From: Fidelibacterota bacterium
GTDB taxonomy: Bacteria; Fidelibacterota; Marinisomatia; SCGC-AAA003-L08; GCA-002704045
NCBI GenBank assembly: GCA_002703375.1
Contig: NZTO01000006.1
Span: 1,101-65,100 of the forward strand
Reading direction: 5' to 3'
Length of the DNA: 64,000 nt
Shown: one piece after another, positions 27,169 through 37,448 of the stretch
Layout of the letters: each line of letters opens with the position of its first letter
How positions within the stretch are numbered: the first letter of the stretch is position 1
Made by a program: the position numbers and the translations under genes
Notes under the pieces: generated by a model
The model's database searches: none
Told to the model about the DNA's origin: nothing
The model's input: the letters and a program-made list of their open reading frames with translations, nothing else

Positions 27169-27531
27169 GTGGACAAAATTAGATTAAAAAATATACAATT
27201 ATATGGATATCATGGATATTTTAAAGAAGAAAGAGAAATAGGTCAAAAGTTTGAGGTTGACATTGAAATTTCAACTGAATTAATCAAAGCAGCTGAATCT
27301 GACAACTTGAAGAAAACTGTTAATTATCAAGATGTTTTTAATGAAGTAACAAATTATTTTAAATTCAATAGAAAAAAATTAATAGAAACTGTTGCTCAGG
27401 ATATTGCCAATATAATTTTATGTAAAAAAAATGTTATTGATGTAAAAATCATTATTAGAAAACCAAGTGTTCCAATTGGAGGAGTATGTAGCTCTGTGGA
27501 GGTTGAACTTTTCAGGAACAATAATGAATAG
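27169..27531 (+). CDS. folB: Dihydroneopterin aldolase
   Basis: IRLKNIQLYGYHGYFKEEREIGQKFEVDIEI and TVNYQDV. GTG start. Confidence 0.85.
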   Translation: MDKIRLKNIQLYGYHGYFKEEREIGQKFEVDIEISTELIKAAESDNLKKTVNYQDVFNEVTNYFKFNRKKLIETVAQDIANIILCKKNVIDVKIIIRKPSVPIGGVCSSVEVELFRNNNE

Positions 27532-28021
27532 AGTTTTTTTATCATTAGGATCAAATATTTCTAATGAATTAAGAAATCTATCAATTTCAATAGATAAAAT
27601 TAAACAACATAAAAAGGTAAACATTATATCAAAATCAAAAATTTACATTTCATCACCTATGTATAATAAAAATCAAAGAGATTTTTATAATATGGTGATA
27701 GAAATTGAAACCACACTATTACCAAATAAATTATTAAATTACTTAAAAGGAATTGAAAAGAAAATGGGTAGAGAAATAACAAAAAAAAGAAATTTACCTA
27801 GAATAATCGACATTGATATATTGAGTTACTCTGATCAAAGTATTTCTACAGAAACTTTAACAATTCCGCATAAAAAATTAGATGAAAGACTATTTGTATT
27901 AAAACCTTGGAACGATATAGATCCAGATTTTTTAGTTCCTAAATTAAATAAAAAAGTTAAGCAAATATTAAAAGTTTTAATTAGTTGTAGAAAAAAAGAC
28001 TTAATTAGAGAAATAGTATAG
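27524..28021 (+). CDS. folK: 2-amino-4-hydroxy-6-hydroxymethyldihydropteridine diphosphokinase
   Basis: MNRVFLSLGSNI...PRIIDIDIL...TIPHKKLDERLFVLKPW. ATG at 27524 overlaps the folB stop (ATGAATAG). Confidence 0.85.
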   Translation: MNRVFLSLGSNISNELRNLSISIDKIKQHKKVNIISKSKIYISSPMYNKNQRDFYNMVIEIETTLLPNKLLNYLKGIEKKMGREITKKRNLPRIIDIDILSYSDQSISTETLTIPHKKLDERLFVLKPWNDIDPDFLVPKLNKKVKQILKVLISCRKKDLIREIV

Positions 28022-28023
28022 TT

Positions 28024-28665
28024 ATGAAAACATCATATTACGTTGCAATTGAAGGCTGTATTGGAGTGGGTAAAACAAGTTTGGCAAAACTATTATCAGA
28101 AAGACTAGCTGCTAAACTTATTTTAGAAAAATTTGAGGACAATCCTTTTTTACCTGACTTTTATCAAAGTCCAGAACGATATGCATTTCAAACTCAATTA
28201 TTTTTTCTATTGTCAAGATATAGGCAACAACTAGATCTGCAACAAACTGATTTATTTCATAAGTGTATTGTTTCAGATTATATTTTTGCAAAAGATAGAC
28301 TTTTTGCAACGTTAAATTTAAACGAAAAAGAAATTTCTTTATATGATAATGTAGCCTCTTTATTAGAAAAAAATATTACATTTCCCAATCTCGTAATTTT
28401 TTTGCAGTCTAATACTGAGCGTTTAATGGAGAATATTAGGAAAAGGGGAAGAAATTATGAAAAACAAATGGATTGGAAGTATATTGATTCGTTAAATCAA
28501 GTTTATAATGAATATTTTTTTAGATATGATAAAAGCCCATTAATGATAATTAACACTAATAATATTGATTTTGTTAATAATAAAAATGATTTGGAAGAAA
28601 TACTAACCTTCATTAGAAAACCGATTCAAGGTGTTAAATATTTTAATCCTGTAAAAAGTTTATGA
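28024..28665 (+). CDS. Deoxynucleoside kinase family protein
   Basis: YVAIEGCIGVGKTSLAKLL P-loop, FEDNPFLPDFY, FQTQLFFLLSRY and RKRGRNYE. Confidence 0.8.
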   Translation: MKTSYYVAIEGCIGVGKTSLAKLLSERLAAKLILEKFEDNPFLPDFYQSPERYAFQTQLFFLLSRYRQQLDLQQTDLFHKCIVSDYIFAKDRLFATLNLNEKEISLYDNVASLLEKNITFPNLVIFLQSNTERLMENIRKRGRNYEKQMDWKYIDSLNQVYNEYFFRYDKSPLMIINTNNIDFVNNKNDLEEILTFIRKPIQGVKYFNPVKSL

Positions 28666-28838
28666 TAAAAATTTTATTATACTTTTTTATTTTTTCTATC
28701 ATTTATAATTTGTTAAAGAGTTTAAAAATTAGCTTTTTTAGATCCAAATCTAAAAATCAAACAAAAACTAAAACGAATTATAAAAAAAATAAAGAAAATT
28801 TTGATATTGTTGATGCAGAGTACGAGGAAATAAACTAA
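28662..28838 (+). CDS. Small membrane protein (58 aa), DUF4834-like architecture; not in the ORF track
   Basis: ATGA overlap with the kinase stop. Translation is MIKILLYFFIFSIIYNLLKSLKISFFRSKSKNQTKTKTNYKKNKENFDIVDAEYEEIN: TM helix, basic linker, acidic D-A-E-Y-E-E-I tail. Confidence 0.55.
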   Translation: MIKILLYFFIFSIIYNLLKSLKISFFRSKSKNQTKTKTNYKKNKENFDIVDAEYEEIN

Positions 28839-28865
28839 TATTTTTAAAAATTACAAAATAAATCA

Positions 28866-29393
28866 ATGCATACACATTTCAAATTTCTTTTTATTTTTTT
28901 AATTTCTATTTTTAGTTTTTCATTTGGCAATTTAATTATTAAACATGGTTTTTCGTTATCAATGACTAATAACGGTCATAGAATCTCATTTTCTAATAAT
29001 ATATTTAAAAAAAAAGATTTTGAATTTTTTATTAATTTAGGAATTCACAGTGAAACAACATTATCTAAAAATTATTATAATCAGATAAGTAGTTCTAGTA
29101 CCAATGGAAGAAATTTGATTCCAATAAATTTTAGATTAAAAAAATATGTTTTAAATGATAAGATTGCAGGAATGGTTAAACCATTTTTGTTTTATGATGT
29201 TGGAACAATTTATAAATTAGAGAAATTAAAATTAAATGACATTGTACTAACTGATCCTAAAATAGATCTTTCATTTGGAACTGGTTTAGCGTATACAAAA
29301 AACAAGATTAATTATTATTTTTTTTGTGGATATAATTCATCTAGAAAAATTGATGGATCAATAATTCTTGGTTTGAAAATCATTTGGATTTGA
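28866..29393 (+). CDS. Hypothetical secreted protein, possibly a small outer-membrane beta-barrel
   Basis: Signal peptide MHTHFKFLFIFLISIFSFSFG. Alternating-hydrophobicity strands. No recognisable motif. Confidence 0.5.
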   Translation: MHTHFKFLFIFLISIFSFSFGNLIIKHGFSLSMTNNGHRISFSNNIFKKKDFEFFINLGIHSETTLSKNYYNQISSSSTNGRNLIPINFRLKKYVLNDKIAGMVKPFLFYDVGTIYKLEKLKLNDIVLTDPKIDLSFGTGLAYTKNKINYYFFCGYNSSRKIDGSIILGLKIIWI

Positions 29394-29398
29394 ATATT

Positions 29399-29743
29399 AT
29401 GAATAACTGTCTTTTTTGTAAAATTGCTAACAAAGAGATTAAATCAGATATTGTTAAAGAAAATAAAAATATTATTGCATTCAAAGATGTTAATCCAATA
29501 TCACCTGAGCATATACTAATCATTCCTAAAGTTCATTTATCTGATACATCAATGATAAACGAGGAAAATTCATTTTTGTTTTCAGAAATGGCATTAATGG
29601 CAAATGAAATAATAAAAGATTTCAATGAACAAGATAATGGTTGCAGATGGGTGATAAATACTGGGAAAAATGGAGGTCAATCTGTTTTTCATATACATTT
29701 ACATTTAATTATGGGAAGAAAATTTACTTGGCCTCCAGGATAG
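29399..29743 (+). CDS. HIT family (histidine triad) nucleotide hydrolase
   Basis: CLFCKI...AFKDVNPISPEHILIIPK...QSVFHIHLHLIMG. Confidence 0.85.
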   Translation: MNNCLFCKIANKEIKSDIVKENKNIIAFKDVNPISPEHILIIPKVHLSDTSMINEENSFLFSEMALMANEIIKDFNEQDNGCRWVINTGKNGGQSVFHIHLHLIMGRKFTWPPG

Positions 29744-29756
29744 AGAAAGACATATT

Positions 29757-30944
29757 GTGAAAAAAATAACTGACATAGATATAAAAGGAATGAATGTTTT
29801 AATAAGAGTAGATTTTAATGTTCCAATTGTTGAAAATAAGGTTGCTGATAGTTATAGAATTGAGAAAGCAAAAAAAACTATTCAATATTGTCTTGATCAA
29901 GGAGCTTGTGTTATTTTGATGTCACATTTAGGAAGGCCAAAAAATATTGTTGATAAAAAATATTCATTAGAACCAATTTTATTTGTTTTAGAGGAAATGT
30001 TTGATAATGATATATATTTTTCAGATGACTGCATATCTAGCAATGCTATAAACTTTTCAAATGAATTAATACCTGGAGAAATACATCTTTTAGAAAATCT
30101 AAGATTTTATAAACAAGAAAAAAATAATGATGTTGAATTTGCAAGATCATTATCCGAACATGCTGATATTTTTATTAATGATGCATTTGGAGTATGTCAC
30201 AGAGAGCACGCATCGAATAGCGCAATATTGAATTTTTTTGATCATAATACTTCTGGATTCGGTTTTTTAATAAATAGCGAAATAAGTTATTTAAAAAAAA
30301 TTTTGGTAAAACCTCCAAAGCCATTTACTTTGATTTTAGGAGGTGCTAAAATTGACGACAAAATATTAATGATTGAAAATATGCTTCATAATACTGATAA
30401 TATATTAATAGGTGGTAAAATGGCGTTTTCTTTTTTAAAAGCAAAAGGAGAAAATGTTGGTGGAGCCAATGTCGATAAAGAAAATATAACTATTGCAAAA
30501 AATATTATAGGTAAAGCAAAACAAAAAAGTGTCAAAATATATTTACCAAAAGATTTTGTTTGTGTAGAAAAAGATAGTAATGAAGAAGTATGGTCAATAA
30601 AAAAACTTGTAAACTTGTGTAAATATGATCTTGGATACGATATTGGTCCTGAAACTTCGTTATTGTTTGATCAAGTAATAGTTTCATCAAAATGTATATT
30701 ATGGAATGGTCCTATGGGTAGATTTGAATTGCATCAATTTGCAACAGGTACAGATAGTGTTGCTAATAGTGTAGGTAAGATTAAAGGAAGAAACGCTTTG
30801 ACTGTAGTTGGTGGAGGCGATACAGCATCGGCTGTTAACTCAAAAGACTTAAAGCAAAGCTTTAACCATATTTCTACTGGTGGAGGAGCATCTTTGATGA
30901 TTTTGTCTGGCAAAAAAAATAAAATAATTAAGGAAATATTGTAA
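29757..30944 (+). CDS. pgk: Phosphoglycerate kinase
   Basis: VLIRVDFNVP, SHLGRPK, FINDAFG..HREHAS, WNGPMG.FE and STGGGASL. Confidence 0.95.
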   Translation: MKKITDIDIKGMNVLIRVDFNVPIVENKVADSYRIEKAKKTIQYCLDQGACVILMSHLGRPKNIVDKKYSLEPILFVLEEMFDNDIYFSDDCISSNAINFSNELIPGEIHLLENLRFYKQEKNNDVEFARSLSEHADIFINDAFGVCHREHASNSAILNFFDHNTSGFGFLINSEISYLKKILVKPPKPFTLILGGAKIDDKILMIENMLHNTDNILIGGKMAFSFLKAKGENVGGANVDKENITIAKNIIGKAKQKSVKIYLPKDFVCVEKDSNEEVWSIKKLVNLCKYDLGYDIGPETSLLFDQVIVSSKCILWNGPMGRFELHQFATGTDSVANSVGKIKGRNALTVVGGGDTASAVNSKDLKQSFNHISTGGGASLMILSGKKNKIIKEIL

Positions 30945-30946
30945 AA

Positions 30947-31693
30947 ATGAAAAATAAATATTTAATTGCAAATTGGAAAATGAATAAAACTCTCGACGAG
31001 AATAGAGATTTTTTTAAAATTTTTTTAAAAAAAGCTTTGACAATACCTAAAACTCAAATTATTTTCTGTCCCCCGTTTGTTGGGCTTTTTGATGTAAGTA
31101 ACACTTTAAGTGGTACAGGAATTGAGGTTGGTGCTCAGAACGTTTATTTCGAGGAAAGTGGAGCATTTACCGGTGAGACCTCAACCACTATGTTAAAGAA
31201 TTGTGGATGTGTGTGGGTGATTTTGGGCCATTCTGAGCGCAGGAGCATTTTTCTTGAGGAGGAGAAACTAATTAGAAGGAAATTAGAAAATGTGCTTTCG
31301 AGTGGCCTGTCGCCTATATTATGTATAGGTGAATCTTTAGATGAAAGAAAAAACAATGATACTTCTAATGTTTTATATTCTCAACTTTCTTCAGCTTTAA
31401 AAAATATATCTAATAATTCTGTAGAAAATCTAATTATTGCATATGAACCTGTTTGGGCAATAGGAACTGGTATGGTTGCTACAGCAAGTATGATTCAAGA
31501 AACTCACAATAATATTAAGCAAATTTTAACTAAATTAAATTTTGATAATTCTAAAATTCCTTTAATTTATGGTGGTAGCGTTAAGCCAAATAATGCAAAA
31601 GAATTAATTAACATAGATAACGTGGATGGTTTTTTGGTTGGAGGTGCATCTTTGGATCCACATGTTTTTTATGATATTTATAATAAATTTTAA
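30947..31693 (+). CDS. tpiA: Triose-phosphate isomerase
   Basis: IANWKMN, ILGHSERR, AYEPVWAIGTG, YGGSVKP and GFLVGGASL. Confidence 0.95.
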   Translation: MKNKYLIANWKMNKTLDENRDFFKIFLKKALTIPKTQIIFCPPFVGLFDVSNTLSGTGIEVGAQNVYFEESGAFTGETSTTMLKNCGCVWVILGHSERRSIFLEEEKLIRRKLENVLSSGLSPILCIGESLDERKNNDTSNVLYSQLSSALKNISNNSVENLIIAYEPVWAIGTGMVATASMIQETHNNIKQILTKLNFDNSKIPLIYGGSVKPNNAKELINIDNVDGFLVGGASLDPHVFYDIYNKF

Positions 31694-31706
31694 TTAGGAG
31701 TATAAA

Positions 31707-32051
31707 ATGTTATATGGTATATCTTTAGTATTTTTCGTAATTATTTGCCTTTGTCTTGTAACTATTATTTTATTACAAGCTAGTAAATCTGGTGGTATGG
31801 GTACTGCTATGGGCCAACAAGCTATGGGAGCTGCTTTTGGAGGCGAGGGTGGTGATAAACTTCTAGTTAAAATCACATCTGTTCTTGCATTTATATACAT
31901 GTTTTTAGCTATTGTTATTAATTTGCTATTAAGTCCATCAGCTAATACAAGTCCTGGAGGTATCATTGAAAAAAATGTTAGATTAGATAATACAGTAACA
32001 AATCCAATTGATCTAAATTTAGAATCTCCTCCAATCGATACAACAAAATAG
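31707..32051 (+). CDS. secG: Preprotein translocase subunit SecG
   Basis: VTIILLQASKSGGMGTAMG...FGGEGGDKLLVKITSVLAFIYMFLAI. Conserved tpiA-secG-tRNA-Leu order. Confidence 0.8.
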   Translation: MLYGISLVFFVIICLCLVTIILLQASKSGGMGTAMGQQAMGAAFGGEGGDKLLVKITSVLAFIYMFLAIVINLLLSPSANTSPGGIIEKNVRLDNTVTNPIDLNLESPPIDTTK

Positions 32052-32055
32052 TTTC

Positions 32056-32140
32056 GCTGAAGTGGTGAAACTGGTATACACGCTGTCTTGAGGGGGCAGT
32101 ATCCAATTAGGATGTGCGGGTTCGAATCCCGCCTTCAGCA
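32056..32140 (+). tRNA. tRNA-Leu (anticodon GAG)
   Basis: Acceptor gctgaag/cttcagc, anticodon stem ctgtc/ggcag, loop ttGAGgg, long variable arm, T-arm gcggg-ttcgaat-cccgc. 85 nt. Confidence 0.9.
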
Positions 32141-32161
32141 CAAAACTTTATAAGGAGTATC

Positions 32162-33433
32162 ATGAATATATTAATAATACTTACTACTTTTTCTTTTGCT
32201 TTTTCAACTGATCTTCCATCAGTTAAAAACTTGTTTTCTAATAAAAAATATTTAGATTCAAATGATTTGATACAAAGTTTGATTTCAGAGGACAGTACCA
32301 ATGCATCCTTTTATCATATGGCATCAAAGATTAACTTGAAATTAGATGATTTATCATTAGCTAATAAAAATATCAATAAGGCAATCGAATTAGATCCTTC
32401 TAATGAAGATTACAGAAAATTTTGGAGTGATTTAAATGATATGCGCTCTAATCTCAATGATGCACAAAAATCATTTGAAAATGGTTTTATAGATGAATCT
32501 ATTAATGCTTATGAAAAAATTATAGTTCAATATTCGGATTTTGCGCTAGCTTACTATAATTTTGGTTTAATTTATTACAGAACTGAAGAATTTGACAAAG
32601 CTGTTGACAATTTTAAAAAAGCTTTGATTTTTAATCCGTATAATGACAAATACAAGCAATCTATTTCAAATATAGCTGCTAAACTTACTCAGAAAGGAAA
32701 TGATGAATATAGGCGATCAGAATATGAGTCAGCCATAAATTTTTATTCAAAGGCTGTTGAATATGATCCTACGTTTTCTGAATCAAGATTTAAGATTGCT
32801 TTGATAAAAAATAAATTATCTGATTACGAAGGAGCAAAACTTGTACTCTTAGATAATATTTTTTATGATAATAAGCACGTTCAATCATATAAGCTTTTGG
32901 GAGATGTATATACAAAACTGGGTGATCTTGATAGTTCAATTATTTATTATGAGAAATCAGTTGATATTAATTCTAATTATGATAAAGGATATTATGCACT
33001 TGGTAAAGCATATTACAACAGTTCAAATTATGAAAGTGCATTAATCGCATTTCTAGATGCAGTAAAAGTTAACCCATCCTATGGAAAAGCATATGAATCT
33101 ATAGGATCAATTTATATGATAAAAGAAAAATATTTGTTAGCAATACAAAACTATAAACTATCTATAGAAAATAATCCTAAAAGTTTTCAGTCACATTCAA
33201 AAATAGCTTCTTCTTATAATTTTTTAAAAAACTATGTTGAAGCAAAAAGATTTGCAAAATCATCTATTGATATCAAATCAAAAAACGCCAGTGCATATTA
33301 TGAATTAGGTTTAGCTGAAAAAGGCTTGGGTAACAAAGTCGCTGCTAAAGCTGCTTTTGAAAATGCTGCTAAAGATAAAAAATGGCGAAAAATAGCTAAA
33401 TACGAGCTAACTTTGATTGAAAAAGGATTATAG
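32162..33433 (+). CDS. Secreted tetratricopeptide-repeat protein
   Basis: AAGGAG SD then ATG at 32162 (MNILIILTTFSFAFS signal peptide). Multiple A..Y..(A/G)..Y TPR units. The longer ORF-track start at 32114 lies inside tRNA-Leu. Confidence 0.75.
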   Translation: MNILIILTTFSFAFSTDLPSVKNLFSNKKYLDSNDLIQSLISEDSTNASFYHMASKINLKLDDLSLANKNINKAIELDPSNEDYRKFWSDLNDMRSNLNDAQKSFENGFIDESINAYEKIIVQYSDFALAYYNFGLIYYRTEEFDKAVDNFKKALIFNPYNDKYKQSISNIAAKLTQKGNDEYRRSEYESAINFYSKAVEYDPTFSESRFKIALIKNKLSDYEGAKLVLLDNIFYDNKHVQSYKLLGDVYTKLGDLDSSIIYYEKSVDINSNYDKGYYALGKAYYNSSNYESALIAFLDAVKVNPSYGKAYESIGSIYMIKEKYLLAIQNYKLSIENNPKSFQSHSKIASSYNFLKNYVEAKRFAKSSIDIKSKNASAYYELGLAEKGLGNKVAAKAAFENAAKDKKWRKIAKYELTLIEKGL

Positions 33434-34116
33434 TGATAAAAGCAGTAATTTTTGATTTAGATAATACTTTATTAGATTTTATGTCAATGAAGTCTCGCGC
33501 AATAAAATCTGGTATTAAAGCAATGGTTGAATCTGGTTTGAATGTTGATAAAGAATATGCTTATAAAAAAATTATTTCAATTTATGATGATAAAGGTTAC
33601 GAATATCAAAATGTTTTTGATGATTTTATAGAAAGTGAGCTAAAAAAGAAGAATTTTAAAATTTTAGCATCAAGTATTTCCGCATATAGAAAAGCTAGAG
33701 AAGCTTCTTTGACATTATATCCCAATGTAAACGCTACACTGATAAAGTTAATAAAGATGGGATTATTATTGGGTGTAGTATCTGATGCACCTAGCAGAGA
33801 AGCTTGGATGAGAATATGTCAGTTAAATTTACACCATATTTTTGACTCAGTTGTTACGTTTGATGATACAGGTTATCATAAACCATCATCGAAACCCTTT
33901 AAAAAAGTTTGTAAAAATTTAAAAATTAGACCTCAAGAAGCAATTATGATTGGAGATTGGCCTGATAGAGATGTTGTTGGTGCAAAAAAAGTTGGGATGG
34001 TAACAGCTTTTGCAAAATATGGAGATACATTTAATACAAAAAAATCAGATGCTGATTATGATTTGAATGATATTTCCGAATTAGTTGAAATTGTTAAAAA
34101 GGAAAATTCTAATTGA
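33433..34116 (+). CDS. HAD-IA family hydrolase
   Basis: KAVIFDLDNTLLDF (DxD nucleophile motif), GVVSDAP and MIGDWPDRDVVGAKKVG. Confidence 0.75.
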   Translation: MIKAVIFDLDNTLLDFMSMKSRAIKSGIKAMVESGLNVDKEYAYKKIISIYDDKGYEYQNVFDDFIESELKKKNFKILASSISAYRKAREASLTLYPNVNATLIKLIKMGLLLGVVSDAPSREAWMRICQLNLHHIFDSVVTFDDTGYHKPSSKPFKKVCKNLKIRPQEAIMIGDWPDRDVVGAKKVGMVTAFAKYGDTFNTKKSDADYDLNDISELVEIVKKENSN

Positions 34117-34472
34117 TCTGGATAGGAAATGATATCGTAAATGTTGTTAGAATTGAATCAATAATTAATAAATATGGAATTATGTTTTTAAAAAAAATAT
34201 TTTCTAGAAAAGAAATTTCTTACTGCATTTCAAAAAAAAATCCCAATATCCATTTTTCTGGAAAATTTTCAGCTAAAGAAGCTGTAATAAAAGCAATTGG
34301 ACATTATGATCCAAGTTATAAAATTTTTCTGAAAGATGTGGAGATTTTAAATGATAAAAATTCTCGCCCTTTTGCTAATTTTAAAAATGATATTTTAAAT
34401 TCGCTAAATGTAAAAATAACAATTTCTCATACTGATGAATATGCTTCTTCATTTGCATTAATACATAAATGA
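34113..34472 (+). CDS. acpS: Holo-[acyl-carrier-protein] synthase
   Basis: IGNDIVNVVRIE...FSAKEAVIKA...ISHTDEYA. TTGA overlap start. Confidence 0.8.
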   Translation: MIWIGNDIVNVVRIESIINKYGIMFLKKIFSRKEISYCISKKNPNIHFSGKFSAKEAVIKAIGHYDPSYKIFLKDVEILNDKNSRPFANFKNDILNSLNVKITISHTDEYASSFALIHK

Positions 34473-36079
34473 TAAAAAATTTAAATATAAAAAATTTAGC
34501 TATCATTGATGAACTCCATATCAATTTTTCAAAAGGATTAAATATAATTACAGGTGAAACTGGATCAGGAAAATCTATTATAATAAATGCAATTGATTTA
34601 TTGCTGGGTGCGAAATTTAAAAAAAATCTTATAAGAACTGGTGAGAAATTTTGTGAAGTAAAAGGTGAGTTTTTAAATGACAGGTTACATTATTTCATTA
34701 AAAGAAAGTTTTTTATTAATGGAAAATCTGAAACTTTTTTAAATAATAATCCAATTTCTATAAAGAAATTAAAAAAAATATCTATTGATCTTGTTGATGT
34801 TCATGGCCAGCATCAACATCAAAAATTATTAAATACTGATTATCATTTGGAATATTTAGATGCATATGTAAAAAATTTTAAAGAAATAAATAATTTAGAA
34901 AAATTAGTTTATAAAATAGATAGTCTGAAAACAGAGCTAGATACATTGTTACAAAAGCAAAAAGATTCTGTAGAAAAAAAAGATTTATATAAATTCCAAT
35001 TAAATGAGTTGGATGCTGTTAATTTAAAAGATGGTATAGATAATGAAATTGAGAAAGAATTTAAAAAAGCTGTTAATGCAAAAGAAATAAAGATGACTTT
35101 AGAAAATCTTTTATATTCTATTGAAAGCAAGGAAGATTCTTTGATTGCTCAGCTAAGCAATGATAAAAAACAAATGAATAAGTTTATCAATCAAAACAAT
35201 GATATCCAATCATTTATTGAACGAATTGAAGGCATTAGCTTAGAGTTAAAAGATTTATGTTATGATGTTCTTAACTATAGTTCAACAATTAATTTTAATG
35301 AAAACGATGTAAAAAAAATTTCTGATAAATTTGAATTCATTGAAATGATTAAAAGAAAGTACGGCGGTTCAATCAATGCTGCAATTTCATATAAAGATAA
35401 TATTAAATCTATACTTTCAGATTCAACTGAATTTGGCAATAAAATAAGTTTAATTGAACTTGAATTAAAAAATCTAAATGAAAAATACATTAGTGTAGCA
35501 AAATCTGTTTCTTCGAAAAGAACAAAAAAAGCAGTTGAGTTGTGCAAGAAAATAACTCCTATTTTAAAAGACGTTGGATTGAATAATACAAGATTAAATT
35601 TTGAGTTAGCAAGTGATTTAAATAGAATTAACCGTAATGGTATTGATACATGTGAAATTAAAATATCTACTAATTTAGGAGAAGAGTTAAAGCCACTAAA
35701 TGAAATTGTTTCTGGTGGAGAATTATCTAGAATTATGTTCGCTATTAAAATTTTATTGCAAGCTAAAGACCCAGTTGATACAATTATTTTTGATGAAGTA
35801 GATTCTGGTATATCTGGAAAAATTGCTGAAAAAATAGGTGCATTAATGGAAGATCTTGGTGGTAAAAGACAAATTATTTGTATTACTCATTTGAGTCAAA
35901 TAGCTTGCAAAGGAAACCATCATATTTCAATATACAAGAGTTTTGATTCAAATAAAACAAAAGTAACAGCAGAAAAATTATCAAATAAAAAAAGGATAAT
36001 AGAAATAGCTAGTTTGTTAAGTGGTTCTTCAATCACAGAGGATGCCAAAAAACAAGCTAGGCAATTACTATTAAATTAA
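34469..36079 (+). CDS. recN: DNA repair protein RecN
   Basis: ITGETGSGKSIII Walker A, long coiled-coil middle, SGGELSRIMFAIK signature and IIFDEVDSGISG Walker B. Confidence 0.9.
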   Translation: MIKNLNIKNLAIIDELHINFSKGLNIITGETGSGKSIIINAIDLLLGAKFKKNLIRTGEKFCEVKGEFLNDRLHYFIKRKFFINGKSETFLNNNPISIKKLKKISIDLVDVHGQHQHQKLLNTDYHLEYLDAYVKNFKEINNLEKLVYKIDSLKTELDTLLQKQKDSVEKKDLYKFQLNELDAVNLKDGIDNEIEKEFKKAVNAKEIKMTLENLLYSIESKEDSLIAQLSNDKKQMNKFINQNNDIQSFIERIEGISLELKDLCYDVLNYSSTINFNENDVKKISDKFEFIEMIKRKYGGSINAAISYKDNIKSILSDSTEFGNKISLIELELKNLNEKYISVAKSVSSKRTKKAVELCKKITPILKDVGLNNTRLNFELASDLNRINRNGIDTCEIKISTNLGEELKPLNEIVSGGELSRIMFAIKILLQAKDPVDTIIFDEVDSGISGKIAEKIGALMEDLGGKRQIICITHLSQIACKGNHHISIYKSFDSNKTKVTAEKLSNKKRIIEIASLLSGSSITEDAKKQARQLLLN

Positions 36080-36082
36080 TTT

Positions 36083-37330
36083 ATGGAAAAGTTTGAAATT
36101 CTTGGTGCCAGAGAATTAAATGGTAAAATAAAAATTAATGGTGCAAAAAATGCTTTGTTACCAATAATGACTTCAACTCTACTTGCTCCTGGAAATTATT
36201 CGCTAAATAATGTACCAGATTTAAAAGATACTCGCACAATGGCTGAACTTCTAAGAAGAATTGGAGCAAGTGTATCTTTTAAAAATAATCAATTATTAAT
36301 CAATACTGTAAATGTATCTAAGCCAGTTGCCCCTTATGACTTAGTTAAAACTATGAGGGCATCTTTTTATGTTTTAGGTCCTTTACTAGGTAGGTTGGGA
36401 CATGCAGAGGTATCATTGCCTGGTGGATGTGCATGGGGTCCTAGACCAGTTGATATCCATATTGAAGCTTTAAAAAAATTAGGTGTCAATATCTCATTGG
36501 AGGGTGGAAATATAGTAGCAAAAGGCAATCCAATTGGTAATAATATTAAATTTAAATTTCCAAGCGTTGGTGCGACTGGCAATTTAATGATGGCTTCGGT
36601 GCTTGGTAAAGGTCAGACAATTCTGAAAAATGTAGCCCTTGAGCCTGATATAATTTCATTGGGTGATTTTTTAATAAAAATGGGTGCAGATATAAAAGGG
36701 TTGGGGACCAGTGAATTAGTTATTAATGGGAAAGATCGTTTAAATCCTGTTGATGAATTTGATATTATCCCTGATAGAATTGAAGCGGGAACTTTTTTAA
36801 TAGCTGGTGCGATGTGTGGAGGGTCAATTGAAATTGAAAATGTTAATCCTGATCATATATCAATAGTCATTGATAAATTAATAGAAAGTGGTGTTAGGGT
36901 AAAAACTGTAAAAAATTCAATTATTGTTAATGGAAATAAAAAAATAAAACCCGTAAATGTTACTACTGCACCTTATCCAGGTTTTCCTACTGATCTACAG
37001 GCCCAATGGATAGCTTACATGACTATTGCTAATGGTTTGAGTACAGTTACAGATGAAATTTATTATGATAGATTTACACATGTACCTGAATTGAATCGTT
37101 TGGGTGCAAATATTACTATGAATAAAAACACTGCTACTATTATTGGTGTTTCTAATTTAAAAGGTGCGCCAGTTATGTCAACAGATATAAGAGCTAGTGC
37201 ATCATTGATACTTGCATCATTGGCTTCTATTGGCAAAAGTAAAATATCAAGAATTTACCATATTGACAGAGGTTATGAAAAAATTGAGAATAGATTAAAA
37301 AAGGTTGGCGCAGACATAACAAGAAGTTAA
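36083..37330 (+). CDS. murA: UDP-N-acetylglucosamine 1-carboxyvinyltransferase
   Basis: INGAKNALLPIM, DLKDTRTM, LPGGCAWGPRPVDIHI, PYPGFPTDLQAQ and IYHIDRGYE. Confidence 0.95.
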   Translation: MEKFEILGARELNGKIKINGAKNALLPIMTSTLLAPGNYSLNNVPDLKDTRTMAELLRRIGASVSFKNNQLLINTVNVSKPVAPYDLVKTMRASFYVLGPLLGRLGHAEVSLPGGCAWGPRPVDIHIEALKKLGVNISLEGGNIVAKGNPIGNNIKFKFPSVGATGNLMMASVLGKGQTILKNVALEPDIISLGDFLIKMGADIKGLGTSELVINGKDRLNPVDEFDIIPDRIEAGTFLIAGAMCGGSIEIENVNPDHISIVIDKLIESGVRVKTVKNSIIVNGNKKIKPVNVTTAPYPGFPTDLQAQWIAYMTIANGLSTVTDEIYYDRFTHVPELNRLGANITMNKNTATIIGVSNLKGAPVMSTDIRASASLILASLASIGKSKISRIYHIDRGYEKIENRLKKVGADITRS

Positions 37331-37448
37331 TGAAATATATTGTTACAATTAGTTAGTAAATTTAGTTTGGATATTAAAAGATAATAATTTTAATTTTAGT
37401 CAAGTAATAAAAAATATTTACTGTTAATAAAATTAATAGGAGAAAGTC

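Noticed and set aside
32114-32161. N-terminal extension MRVRIPPSAQNFIRSI of the TPR protein ORF
   Set aside because: The extension is a translation of the tRNA-Leu(GAG) 3' half. An ATG at 32162 with an AAGGAG SD gives a proper signal peptide.
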